From Azolla caroliniana (Eukaryota; Plantae; Polypodiophyta), in NCBI GenBank assembly GCA_043228905.1, contig JBHGNT010000011.1:17298001-17362000 (forward strand): a stretch of DNA of 64,000 bases, written 5' to 3'. The first letter of the stretch is position 1, and the number at the start of each line of letters is the position of its first letter. A program made the translations under genes and the position numbers. Below are positions 35,001 through 55,000 of the stretch, one piece after another. The notes beneath the pieces are model-generated. The model was not told the DNA's origin. It did no database searches and saw only the letters and a list, made by a program, of their open reading frames with translations.

Positions 35001-37691
35001 GGGTTGAGACTACACTTAGCCTAAAATTATAGTATCTTACGTCTTAAACTGTGGGTCTTGTAAATTTATCGTACTTCTGAGGGAACGAAAAACCTCTAGT
35101 TTACATTCTCCTACAAATCTTCAGGGAGACATAATCATAGTTGATACCTTAACAAAATGCTATAGGACAACAGGCACTGTACATCACATTATGCTTTTCA
35201 TCTAGTGACTACTTCAAATAGTAGGTCTAACTCAAGTATTTGATCAGGTTTTGGAAGATTTCAGTTATTGTGTGATTCTTTATTCTTGGCTTTTTTTTAT
35301 ATTTGCACATATTTCTTTATTAAATCTTCATTCTTGCAGGTTTTGGAATTGACGGAACTCAAACCATTAGCCAATGCGCTTGTTGTTTCTTTAATAAATG
35401 ATGTAACATTTGATCAAGAGAAGAGACTTGCTATAGCAGCAGAATTAGCTGCAAATCCTAGTGTGCTCTTCTTGGATGATCCAATCAAGGGTCTTGATAG
35501 TCTGAGTGCTCTTCGGATCATTAAATGCCTTCAAGTAAGTGTAGATTTATTATTAACTAACCCACTGTGACGTTTCCGTCCATCTCTTAGCTAATCATGA
35601 GTATATTTTATCCTAACTATTTTCTTTTTAAAGACATTTTTTTTCTGTTACTTGCATTTGAGGAGTTAATATAAGCCATTTGTGTAACCTTTTGTCAGAT
35701 AATACTGTTCTTTTATCTGATTTTATCTGTGCTTATGCAGCAAATAGCAAATACAGGGAGAGTCGTCTTAGTAACACTAAAATATCCTACACAAAGGATA
35801 TTGTCAGTTTTCACGAAGGTGCAGATATTGAAAGGTGGGGAGACTGTATACTTTGGAGAAGCGGGAAAGGACTGTGAGATGATCAAGGTAACTTATATAT
35901 ATGAACTATTACTAACTACTTTATGAGACTCCAAAAACTTTGGAGAAAAGACCAGAATGCCCCCAAAAATCGTAAAAACCTATCAGAATGTAAAAATTTA
36001 AGGACTTTGAAGGTTTTCTTTTAAACGTCGAAGTATTTTGAAGGTTTTCATTTTCCCCCTTAAATATAGTTTAACAATCTACACAATATTTTTAAAACAT
36101 TCTGTTTTGGTACAGAACTACTTTGAGGCCATCCCAGGAACACCTCCATGCCCCCCAAATAAGAGTGTCCCAACTTATGCCATTGACGTGATTGGTTCAC
36201 GCAGTGCATTTAGATCTCCGAAAGATTTTGCATTCGAGTATCGTATCAGTGAACTCGCCCTTCACAATCATGTACAACTTCAGCGTCATTTGCGTGCAAA
36301 AGGTGGAATACAAGTCTTCGATCGTAGTGTTAATATTGTTTCGACTTTTTGGCAAACCTTTATCTCCATCCAAAGGCAATACTGGAGGAATATTAACTAT
36401 AGCTGGGGTAGAATGATTGGCTTTTTGCTTCAGAGCATCATACTAGGATCAGTATTTTACAATATTGATATTCGTACGACCACTGGAATGAACTCTCGTT
36501 CTGGTGCTATCTTTATAAGCTGTGTTTTGGTGGGAATGACAAATGCACAAAATGTGATTCCACAAATGATCCAAGTGAATGCGGCTCAAAAACGAGAACG
36601 TGCAGTGAAACAGGCTCGTGTCTCTTTATACAACATTTCCTATACCCTTGCGGAGGTAGGCCATGCCAAATCCCTCCCCCTTAACTTAATGATGATGGGT
36701 ACTTAATATATATGACAAGTCCTTGCTTGCTTACTAATAGCTAGGTGTGCATTTTCCTTTTTAACGCAGATACCCTATGTGATGGTTGCAAATTTGCTGT
36801 TCTGTAGTATATTTTTACCAATGACAAAAATCTCAGTTGAATCTTCAGGCCAGGTTTTCAAGTACTGGTTCCTCTCGTCGGAGTATTATGTTGTGGTCAC
36901 TTTTGTTGGGATGTTTCTGACTGCTATTTGCAAGATACCTCAGGTAACTAAGAAGCATTTATTATTTGAAATACATGTGTATACATGTACAGATTCATGT
37001 ACCACATTAGCCAAGACCATATTGCATCTACCTATACACATACTTATAAGCTATACCATATACCTCATCCATATCTCTATGGCTTTTGCATATACCATAT
37101 TCTGATACTGCATACATATGGAACAATACATCATACATATATACCAATACCATTTACCCCATATGTCAAACCTATGGCCAAATACTTAAAACTGATGCAT
37201 ATGTGTGTGTTGTAATGCGTTCCCTTGAAGTGTAAGATGACATTATATGATTGTGGCATTCCATACAGATTGCATCTGTGCTGGTACCAATAGTGGTGGG
37301 AATATGGGTAGCAACCGGGGGGCTAGTTGTCCCAAGGAACAGGATTCTGTCCCAATTCCTTGGAATTTACTATACAAATCCATTACAATATGCTCTAGAT
37401 GGTCTTACCTCAATAGCTTTCTACTGCGATGTCAACAAGGCTGCGTGCATGAATAATGGGATGAATGCGGACTGCAAGCTTAACCAAAATGCATGTCCTA
37501 GTTGTGATTGCCCACGGCTCAATGACTCGACGCCAGTCAACACATTTGTGTGGACACAAATCTCTACTAACCGGAGCCTAGACTACAACTGGGTTGGTTA
37601 CGATATGCTCGCGCTTGCAGTTGCTGCTGTTATCATACGTTTTCTCACCTTCTTGGCTGCTAAATATCTCAAACACAACAAACGGACTTAA
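26014..37691 (+). CDS. Atypical full-size ABCG/PDR-type protein (NBD-TMD-NBD-TMD), about 1705 aa. Exons 26014-26895, 28326-28403, 28518-28629, 29180-29834, 30199-30397, 31011-31313, 31431-31562, 31767-32021, 32689-32863, 32953-33344, 33441-33684, 34307-34518, 35340-35534, 35741-35887, 36116-36655, 36770-36943, 37269-37691
   Basis: VLKDISGYLMPGTLTLVLGPPECGKSS, LTVRETLEFA, EVYDLFDRLILLNQGRIVYQGP, FLQEVT, ERNIYYKQR, WIWVYYLNPLQWA, PVTLSWHELSYDV, AGKTTLLNCLAGRK, ELAANPSVLFLD, YFEAIPG, QYWRN. Exon lengths sum to 5118 nt with phase-consistent junctions. Intron 33345-33440 is a tentative GC-AG intron. Confidence 0.88.
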
Positions 37692-39111
37692 GTATAGAAA
37701 AGCTTGAGCTATATATAGTTATAGCCAGGCGTATCTGAGAACCACCCCCTTTGAGGTACTGGTCTTGCACATTTGACCATAATCCCAACCACCCCTAAAA
37801 AGAAGAGAGAGAGAAATCAATTATGTGATATATAGTATGCAACAAAAACAAAATCATTGCCGATCTGATGAGTTTTGTGGGAGGAGAGCAAATGCGCAAA
37901 ATTTTGTTTTAACATTCATGAAGACCCAAATCCTCACATTTGTAATATATATCTTTATAAAGGAGTGATTTAAAGGGGAACTATGATGACATATGAGGTC
38001 TTAGTTCCTTCATACAGCACCCCCTTCCTACCCCATGGATGACATCACATTCATTTACAAGCTCTAATAATTTTTTCTTGTATTCTATATAGAACGATGA
38101 AAATCCCCTTAAAAAGATGAGTTTGTACTGTATTCTTTTGTATATTTTGCACTTCAATGTCGTGCTTGTCCTTGAAGATGTGTTAATTCTCTTTGAGTAT
38201 GTTGAAAATGACTTGAATGCATCAAAACTTTGAAGCTCCTTAACAAAAATTAGGAGCACCCTAACTCTTTGCTTATATTGTTTATGAGAACTTGATTATG
38301 GTTCTAGTGATTTGTTTATCAAACGTGGATTTCTTGTAATTATCATATTGGGTATCAATAACTATTTGGCTAATAGATCACATACCAATCGTGTGTTTGA
38401 TTATAATGTTTCACATTTTAGTTATTGGAATGCTTGTATTAATACTGAGGTATGTGCACTCTTTTCCATGTGGCAATTAAATTTTCACATGTCTTGAGAA
38501 GATTTGTTGGCAGTTTTGAGGATTTAACATTAGATGCACCAAGGTTTCATCCAACCTTAATGCAAGGCAACTTTGAATCTATCTTGAACCAAATGTTCTT
38601 CATCCATATGCATTGGCTCATCATAATCATTCGAGAGTGGGGAAAACATTTAATGTAGAAGTTAGATAATTGTTGCATAGACCAACAAGGAAAGAAGATA
38701 TGTGGATTGATGTAGCAAGAAAAACCGATAAAAGCAATAGTTTGTATGTATCTCATGAGACATATTCAATTGTTGTTTTGATATTGGCCTACATTTGATG
38801 AGTCACGTCCAAGTATCATTGCTATAACCATCGATGGTTAATCTCTCTCTTCTTTCTTACAACTGAAGCTTAATTTTTGTAACCCTAGCTCTACGACGAC
38901 GAGATGCATTCTCTTTTACTTGTCTATTCATTAGTAATTATGCCAAGAGGCATAAGAGCTATTGATGATGTAAATGAAACCCCAAGAAGGATGTTTATAA
39001 ACTATCCATTGAGAAACTAGTGGCCATACATATATCTATGCAAGAAATAGTTATGAAATTTTAAAGATTGAATTAAATATTTAGCATGTAATTGAGATTC
39101 AAAATATAGAG

Positions 39112-39680
39112 ATGAAAAGTTCGAAAGAGGAACTATATGAAATGAAAAATCGGATCTTAGAACTCGAAAAGAAAATGTTAAATCTAGAAGTAGAAAAAGA
39201 GATGCTAATGAAGGAAAATGTGGAAATGAAATCTACACTTGACGAAAAGGAAGATGTGATCATGACAAAGAGGAAAGATGTGCTCCGAAGAGAAGCACCA
39301 AAGACCTTAGTACACGAAAATCTTGCAATGAATTCTAACACTACAAATGGCCAAGATGCAAAAGAGCAAAACGAAATTGAAAGAAGAAAGAATAATGTTG
39401 TTATTAGAGGCATGCTAGAGGATGAATCAAAGAATGCACTTTTTCTTGTAGAGAACATTACAAAATTCTTTGAAGATTGTTTTGTGATGCGAGATGTTAC
39501 CGTATATGTTGGACATAATGTTGGTAATAAAAAGGTTAGAAGGAACATTTTGCCAAGCTATTGTTTGTACAATCTTAGATGAACACAAAAGAGGTATCGT
39601 CGTAGATAGTAGTAGGGTGTATCTCAAGGGTAAAAGTTTCTTTATAACGGAGGACTTCAATGAATCTTTTCATCATTGAT
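39112..39680 (+). mobile_element. LINE ORF1-like remnant (coiled coil plus RRM-like region)
   Basis: K/E-rich coiled coil, then ERRKNNVVIRGMLED and, after a frameshift, YLKGKSFFITEDF, typical of non-LTR ORF1. Confidence 0.6.
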
Positions 39681-39681
39681 G

Positions 39682-41120
39682 AAAATGACAACCCTTCGAT
39701 TCATGCTCGGCGTTGTGGCAGCTGAGGATTTGGAGCTTATCCAACTAGATGTCAAAACGGCATTCCTCCATGGTGACCTAGAGGAGGAGATTTATATGGA
39801 GCAACTGAAAGGCTTCGTGGTATCTGGCTAGGAACATCTAGTCTACATACTTAAGAAGAGCCTATACGGCCTAAAACAGACACCCAAAGTGGTACAAGAA
39901 GTTCGACAACGTCATTCAATTGGTCGGTTTCTCAAAGAGCGATGAGGACCACTGCCTCTTCACCAAAATAGCTTGAGATGGATCTCCCTTCTTCCTCATT
40001 ATCTACGTGGACAACATGCTCCTCTCCGATCGGCATGCCAGAGAGCTTGTCGATCTTGTTTGGCAATTGTGGTTGACGTTCACCATGAAGGACCTCGGTC
40101 CGACGAGACACATTCTAGGGATGAAGGTTAGTCAGCTTCAGAATCAACTATAAGTGTTTCTGTTGCAAGCCGACTACGTCGCTCGTGTCCTTGAATGCTT
40201 CAACATGCAATCAGCCAAATATGCTTCAATTCCGCTCCAAATCAGTCTTCGGTAGTCTAAGTGAGACTACATGATAGCTAGTCCAGAGGGGGAAGATATG
40301 AAGTCGGTACCGTATGCACCGACAATCATTTATGGCTCAGTCGACTGGCGCACACGTTTCAACAAGTCGACTCCGACTTGGCCCCAATTGTCTATAGTGA
40401 CAGTTAGGATGTTGTCGCTTTGTCGAGAAATCCGGTCCATCACAACGCCTCGAAGCACATCGATGTGAGATATCACTTTGTTCGAGACTGCATCATTTCA
40501 GGGAAAATCGGCCCCAAGAAGATATCTACAACTAATAATGTTGCAGATGGGATGGCCAAGTGTCTTCCGACAGACCGATTCCGGTCTCTTAGGCACTAGA
40601 TGGGCGATTGAGTCAGACACCCAAGTCATGCTTCAGACATTTGATGACTCAACTTCAGTCTTTCAGACCCTAGCCAACCTGGATATTTCCAATTCGGACA
40701 AGGCCGATCTTTTGACAACCTCTGTATAAATATGTATTCCTTTGTTTACTCCTTTTTCGTTACAATTTTTTTTGTTGTATACACCCATTACAGGGGAGTG
40801 TTGAATATGGGTGTATAATGGTCATATTCACATTGTCCCTTTGGATAGACTAGGTTTAGGAAAATAATATAAATATGTCAAAGGGCAGTTGCCCTAGCCC
40901 AATTATTATATAACAGACTTTGTAACCTAGTTCATGATGATGTTGATAGTGCCAATCTTGTATAATTGTAACTTTTGTAATAAGATTGTTACATTATGAG
41001 CCTCTTTGTCTCTCTCTCTTTCACCCTGTCTTCTTGATATTGCTTTAACATCTTAACTTGGTGATCTTCTTAACATAGATGTTGTTCTTATTTCTGCATT
41101 GACGGTCTCAGACTCCAATA
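39682..41120 (+). mobile_element. Decayed 3' half (RT-RH, PPT, 3' LTR about 40799-41120) of a copia related to the intact element at 10727-16191
   Basis: Nucleotide similarity from aaaatgacaacc (cf. about 14399) through gaggggaagatatgaagtcggtaccgtatgcacc. Internal deletion, many stops, PPT caggggag and LTR start tgttgaata..gtgtataatgg..tattcaca. Confidence 0.88.
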
Positions 41121-42378
41121 ACAAGTTCTTCTATCCAATCTATTTACCTTGTTTTTACTTTATTTTGGTCTATTGATTAGTAGTAGACTCTCAACACTAA
41201 AGAAAGTTGTTATTGTTCTTTGTTCATGAACTTGTGTGGTTGTATTGTTGTCCTTCACAACAACTTCTCCCTATGTCTCTTGAGTTTCAACACAAACAAC
41301 CTCAAGCATTGTTGGTCCTCATATTTTTGGCTTTGTGAACTGGGCCTTGAAGCCTTTCTTAAAGATGCAATTATATCTCCATCTTACGTCATAAAAAGTC
41401 GTACAATGACAAACGTAGTGTTATTCGAAATCTACTCCTTGATGACACAATTGACAATTTCTTTCCAGAGGATATTCATGCATATCTGCCGACCTCAATC
41501 TCTAACAGATATGAAGAAGTTTGTAGTTTCCATGTCACAACATGTCGTGCATATGACAATTGTATATCCATATAAGAGGGCTCGATGAGGAATCCATCCT
41601 TTGATATGTGTAAGAAGTGTCTTACAATAGGCCATGCTTCTACCAAGAGATGTTGTGGGGCTGATCCATGTTATTTTGGTCTCCAAGTTGATAATATCAA
41701 TTCAGAGCACTCTAATCCTTTCCACTTTGGTCATGTTTTGACGGGGACAATCCAAGCTATATAGGAAGGGGAGTTGTGTGTTTATGAATATGCCACGCGA
41801 CTCGCACATTTCCACATAACAACAATGAATATCTTGATTGTTCAACGAGGTCTTTTGATGACACGAGTGCCAACCTTGAGTACCTTCGTTTAGAGAAAGA
41901 AAGAAATATTAACGTCTTCTAAGGCCAAAATTGGCCTGAGAATGTTATTATTATTATCCTTGGAGGAGCTCAAACACGAGTAATGGGACCAAAGGTGAAG
42001 CATTTTTCATGAAGTATGTGATAAAGTAACGTGTTTCGAAAGAATATGCAAAATTCCGAGAATCGGAAAGGAGGAGCCTGGGAAGCAGCCTCTTGGAGAT
42101 ATGAGATTGGGAGGGGTATGTTTGGAGTTTAATGGAAACGTAGGGGCATAATAGCTTGAAATAATAAAAGCTGGAAATTCCTCAGATATTTGATGTAGTT
42201 ATATTTTCAACAAGTCTTATTTTAGGGGTTATAAAGAAGACGGAGAACATCAAAACAACAGAGACAGAAGAGAACAGGGGGAACGCATGAGACAGGCTCT
42301 ATTATTCCACTCCTCGCAGTCGTTTTTGCCATCGATCTGAAGACAAACAACACTAGTCGCATTCCGTGAAGATCTGAG

Positions 42379-49370
<6,992 letters not shown>

Positions 49371-49469
49371 TATAGGTGATATCAGTTTTAAAGGATGTGT
49401 ATTGCTGCTATCAAGCATCATTCAAAGCTATATGCGTGATGCATTCAACGTGGAAGTGTACTGCTGATA

Positions 49470-49670
49470 CTTCAGAAGCTACGTGAGACCTACTTTTTAT
49501 ATGGAAGCTTTCTGAGGCTCTCTTTTTACATGGAAGGTATCTGATCCTGCTTTCTACATGAAAGCTATTGAGACCTGTGTTCTACATGGAAGGTTTGTGA
49601 GGCATGCTTTCTTTTTCATGGAAGCTTTGTGAGATTTGCTTTCTACTAGATGAAAGCCATTTGGGACAGC
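49470..49670 (+). repeat. Degenerate minisatellite (about 30-bp units, 6-7 copies) just 3' of the XRN stop
   Basis: The motif tt(c/t)tacatggaag(c/g)t.t.tgag recurs. Confidence 0.7.
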
Positions 49671-50184
49671 ATGAAATATTATGGAGTTTGAGGGTGGCAT
49701 TGCCCTTCGCATACGCATGGTGCATTGCAGCACTGACTGCATTATTGTATTGGAGCAATTTCCCATACGTAAGAGATGAATCCAAGCAGATCCTATGAAA
49801 CATTGTACCCTTGCTTGTGGTTATTTCCATAGCTACCTGGACGGAGTACTCAACAATTGGCGATTATAAAGGTTTATGAGCTACCTTATCGTTTTTATTT
49901 GTCTGGGTAAGTGGGTATTTAAAGGCTCTGTGACAGTTTTTGTAATTTATGAATTTATTTATTCTTTTGTCATGTAATTGTAATTCTGTAAGGGGAATCG
50001 TGCTTACTCCAACGAGGGCCATGGTTTCATATGAATGGAAATTTATGAGATGGACAACACAATGGAAAGACACTGTAATGAAGCTCATATTTGGAGTATA
50101 TGAAATTGTACCATTCCATCAGGCTTCTGGAACTGTTCTCTATAAATTAGGTGTATATACAATCACCAAGCTCAGCTAAGAGTA

Positions 50185-50575
50185 CTGGAATTGCAGGTGG
50201 CAATGCAACATAAGTGGCCAATTAAATAGGATATTATGTGTGAGGTGGAGTTGCAGGTGGAATTGCTGGATTTGCAGGTGGCAATGCAACGAGTGGTTCG
50301 CTGTATAGGATATGATGTGTATTTGGTAAAATAACCAGACATAAATGTCAATGACTAATTGAAAATAACCATATGTTTTTAATGTATTAACAGCACTACA
50401 GAAGACAAGTATATGGTATGTATATTTGATGGAACTGCAGGTAGCAAAATGCAACGAGGGTGGCTGGCTAGATAGGATATGCTGTGTATTTGATAACATA
50501 ACCAAACATTAATGTCAATGAGTACTTGGAAATAATCATGCTTTCAATGTATTAACAGCAGTACATAAGGCAAGT
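50185..50575. repeat. Diverged tandem duplication of about 170 bp plus a partial copy
   Basis: tgcaggt(g/a)gcaa(a)tgcaac...taggatat...ataacca.acat.aatgtcaatga...aatgtattaacagca is repeated. Confidence 0.75.
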
Positions 50576-51291
50576 TAAAACTTGATGTGTCAGTTATTCT
50601 GGATTAAAACATTTTTTTACATTCTGTCTAAATCAAAATCACCATAGTAATGAATTTGTTGGGGGAACTTTCCAAACCAATAAAAAAATGAGGTCAAGAA
50701 AGTGCCAATGAGTATCTAAAACTTATGAACCAAAGTAAAAGGAACTTTTGTATTGAGATATAAGGACAGCTTAAATGAAATGCAACATCTAAATTTTGAG
50801 ACTAAAGTAGAGGGGTTTATTTGGACTTTACTGTAAAATACAGTCCTTGACATGCCCAAGTCATAGCATGCATGTATTAGCAGTTTCTTTTTTGTTACAA
50901 ATTGATGGCACATTGATCATCACATTGGCTTTTAATGCTGCAATTGCCAGGTTGAAGAAAAATGGTGGGGATACATCATAAAGGTTATGGGCAAGTTTAA
51001 CAGGTTATGGGTAGGGTGATTGGGTGGGGATACATCATAAGAACCTATGATACATTGGTTTATAATAGGAGCCTTGGATGAGCTATATCATGGGAACTAG
51101 TTAAATTTCAATCCTTCCTTTAAGGCTAAGCTCCTTTCTCCATCTCTGTTATTCAACTACCTTGGTTTAACACAAAACAATATTTGATGGTATTTGACAC
51201 CAATGAAATAATAGTTGATGGTCTACGTGGTTAGTTCAACTCATGATATCTCGCTTACAACTACAAAGGAATGGTACATAAATCATTGTTT

Positions 51292-51556
51292 TTTTATGTT
51301 TCACATCTATGATATGTGTTGTAGAGCATTCGCACTCATGTCACATGGATTTACATTTTTTTGTTTGATGGCTGCATTGTAAGATTGGGTTGCCTAAATG
51401 TAATGGTTGGATGCTTAAACCCTAAACCCTTTTATGTTTCACATCTATGATAGGTGTTTTAGAGCATTTGCACTCATGTCACATGGATTTACATTTTTTT
51501 GTTTGATGGCTGAATTGTAAGATTGAGTTGCCTAAATGTAATGGTTGGATGCTTAA
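51292..51556. repeat. Direct duplication of about 127 bp separated by two telomere-type repeats
   Basis: tttatgtttcacatctatgata...gatgcttaa occurs twice, joined by (t)aaaccctaaaccct at 51416-51430. Confidence 0.9.
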
Positions 51557-52035
51557 CAAGAACATGTTAGATACATTATCTAAATATACTATCATGCAAA
51601 TTATTAGCACTTGTTTTTAATTCACAATCTAAATAGATGATGGCCAACGTAAAGCACCACAAATTTGTTTTGATTGCAGAAGTCAATACTACCTCATTAC
51701 TCAAAGATGACATGGAATTCCATGGAATTGTAAAATAGATTTTCTAACGAATATGATCAGAATAGTAAACAGATATCCCACACGGGCAGGAGAAATATAT
51801 ATCTTTGAACCCACCAGAAATAATTTTGCAAATATTGTAACTCTTTTCATGCATATCAGTACATTCAACCTAGGGGTCCTGAACTGCTATAGAAGATCAG
51901 CCCATTAATACAGTTTAACCTACATGTTGAATCTCTTCTCATACAATGATCTTCCTTTCCTCCCTCAAAATGTACAACTTAAATTCATTCAAATGAAGTT
52001 GCATTACATGATAGTTATGCATTGTGTGAGGAAAG

Positions 52036-55000
52036 TTATGCAGCTTTTGCTTTGTCTCGAACATTACACAACTTAGCCAAAAGTCCTGATAGCTGTAAAA
52101 GTGTCCCCACACCATCAGCGATTCTCATATGAGCAAAACCAACCTCCTGCGAGAAAAATAAAGACCACGCAGACTGTTTCACGTATTATGCAGTTAAAAG
52201 TTCCAGTGCAATTTCATTTTGCAAAGCATATTATATTTTAGCATTCATTATCAAAATGGTGTACCTTTAGATACTCCAGTTTGAGATACTCAGGCATGTC
52301 ATAGTTCTTTACAACTCGGAATAAGGTAGTTATGATATCTGATGCTGAATAGCCCAGATCATAGAGTTGCTTTAATCCGGTATAAGCTTCATCAATATCA
52401 CCTCCAGTAGTGTGACGAATTATATTTATAACATGAAGAGGGTGTGGTTGATCACAAACCTGCACGACACAATTCAACTGATTAATTAACCATCAAAACA
52501 AACTACCTGGACGTAAGCTTCACAGCCACTCACTTTGAAAACATTCTCTTGATTAACAAAGTGAAAGCCACTAAATGTTGCTTGAAGGTTATTTAAAGCT
52601 TGACGCATGTCCCCATCAGCTGTAAATACTACTGCTTCCAGACCTTCGGGCACATATGGTACCTACAAGATTATTAGAATTCCCTTTCGTAAGTCTCCTC
52701 CAGAGTTCACTCTAGTTGAACTAACAGCACAAAAAAAGGAAAGATAAATAGCACAATGTAGTACATGACCATAGAATATTCAGGCCTGAATCTGTTTAAT
52801 GAACCAAATAGCTTAGATAGGAAGATCTTTCTATGTTTTCAAAATCACGTGTATCATTTGTGCATTCCTTGATTATTGCCACATTACTGACTCCATACTT
52901 CATTAGATTAGGTTGCTAGATTAATGTTTCACGACGAAAACAAAATGAATGCAATAGGAACCACGCTATGTTCATTCACCTACATTTGCCATAATTGCAA
53001 TTAGTTTCATTAAGTCGATATCCTCAATGGAGAATGACAAGAACCCTAAAAACCTAGGATTACAGGTAGCTCCACGTGACAAGTGGATAGAGATGAGTTA
53101 TTAGTTTGCACTTTATGAGGAGGATAGCATTTTAAGAAATGACCTATCAGTTTACACAGTGATATACTATCAGTGTGACCAACGCAGAAACCTAGATTCC
53201 TTACAATATATCCAACACAACAAAGTGAGGGAAACAATATATTAATGTCTTCAGAAGGACAAGACCTATAACATCAAACAAATACATCCAGGTGACATCT
53301 GATAACAATGGAAAAACAAAAGGAGACAAACTCTGTCAATAGTAAATAGAGAAGAAACAGAATAGATAATACAGGGCAGTATGAGTTAGGTACGAAGCCT
53401 GTAGTGTTTGGGTGTGCTCATTGCCTACCATGATCGTCTAGATCTCTCTGTGAAGAGTTATTCAATAAGAGCTCGTCAGAATAATCATGCCGAATGACTA
53501 GGTCAACTAAGTAATCCCCAAGAGGGATGTTGCAGAGGTGCAAGCTGGTGTATGTGTTGTTGATCACATGTCTTCATGGTTGTTTATCTGAAGAAACCAG
53601 TGATGTGTGGTTGGGTAGTACATGCATGAGTAGGCCAACCTCACGAAGACAATCGCTATGTTTAGCAACCTTCTCTAGCTAGAATCCAAAGCACTTGAAT
53701 CTCATAGTAGGCTTTGCACATGCAAAAATAAGGCTCTCCATCTGTCTTACCAATCTAACACATCCTATCTTTTAAGTGCTTATGTCTGCACAGCTCTCAG
53801 TCTCAACCTCAAGCTTAGGTGAGGCAGTATGCATCTGACCAATGGCATATCTGAGCCCCTCACACATGCTACCTTTAGGGGATACATCTCCATAGGTCCC
53901 AGTCTCAATCTCTAGGTTATGCAAGATGAAGACTTTTGCAGAGTTTAGGAGAAAGCTCAGTATGGAGCTTGTTGCTCAGTAAACTAGTCTGAGGCCTTGC
54001 ACAGTTTTTTTAGCTTGACGAAGTGGTTCTTGGATATGATCCTTGTAGTATCAGATTGTAATATTTCATTTTCTTGATAGAGTTGTCTTTATTTCATCTT
54101 TTTGTTAAATCTTCATGGTATTAGAGAGGATCACATGAGATTAATCCACCATACATGCTTGATGGATTAATCTTCATGAAGGCAATCATACAGGATATCA
54201 TCTAGCATTTCTAAATCCATAAAAAATGTGGAATGAGACGGGAAGCAGCAAACAGAATGTTAACGAAAAATATGTATCGGACTTTCTGCATGCTGCCTTC
54301 CTCACTGTGGTACTACAGTCTAAACATGTTTAGGAAATCTTTTGGAGAAAAATGAACTTTCACTTTTATATTTCCTCCTGGTCTATTTTAAGTTTTCCTA
54401 TAATATATGTCTTCACTTATATACATATGCATAAGCACATACACGCATATAGACACACATATATGTATGCCTGCATAGATATACACATACATATATATGG
54501 TCATACATACAAAATTATATACACATAAATATGCGTGAGTGTGCACATACACTCATATATCTATTCATACAAATATACATATATGCCACCATATATTTAC
54601 ATATTCACAAATATACATACATATATATACATTATTAAAATATACACACAAATAAAAATCTTCAAAATATACATAGTCATTCAAATTTTAATAATCTAAA
54701 ATCTGAGATAAATAAAGCTGAACCACATACATTTTCTGCTTGCACAACACGAAGTAGCCGTTCTAGGATCTCTCTATCTGAAAGCCTTGAAAATCTCACG
54801 ATTGCACATCTACTTTGTATTGGTTCAATTATCTTTGATGAAGTATTGCAGGCTAGAGCAAATCTTGTAGTATTAGAGTAAATTTCCATAGTTCGCCGTA
54901 GTGCCTGTTGTGCTCCACTTGTCATGCTGAGGGAAATATTGGACGAATCTTTAAAATGTGAAACTGACCAAAGCCTAAAAGGCATGTCCTTTAAAAGTTG

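Noticed and set aside
26014-37691. ABCG as a pseudogene
   Set aside because: No stops or frameshifts across about 5.1 kb of spliced CDS and intact splice sites. Degeneration is concentrated in catalytic motifs.
41160-41780. 122-aa ORF or TE fragment before XRN
   Set aside because: No identifiable domain on either strand.
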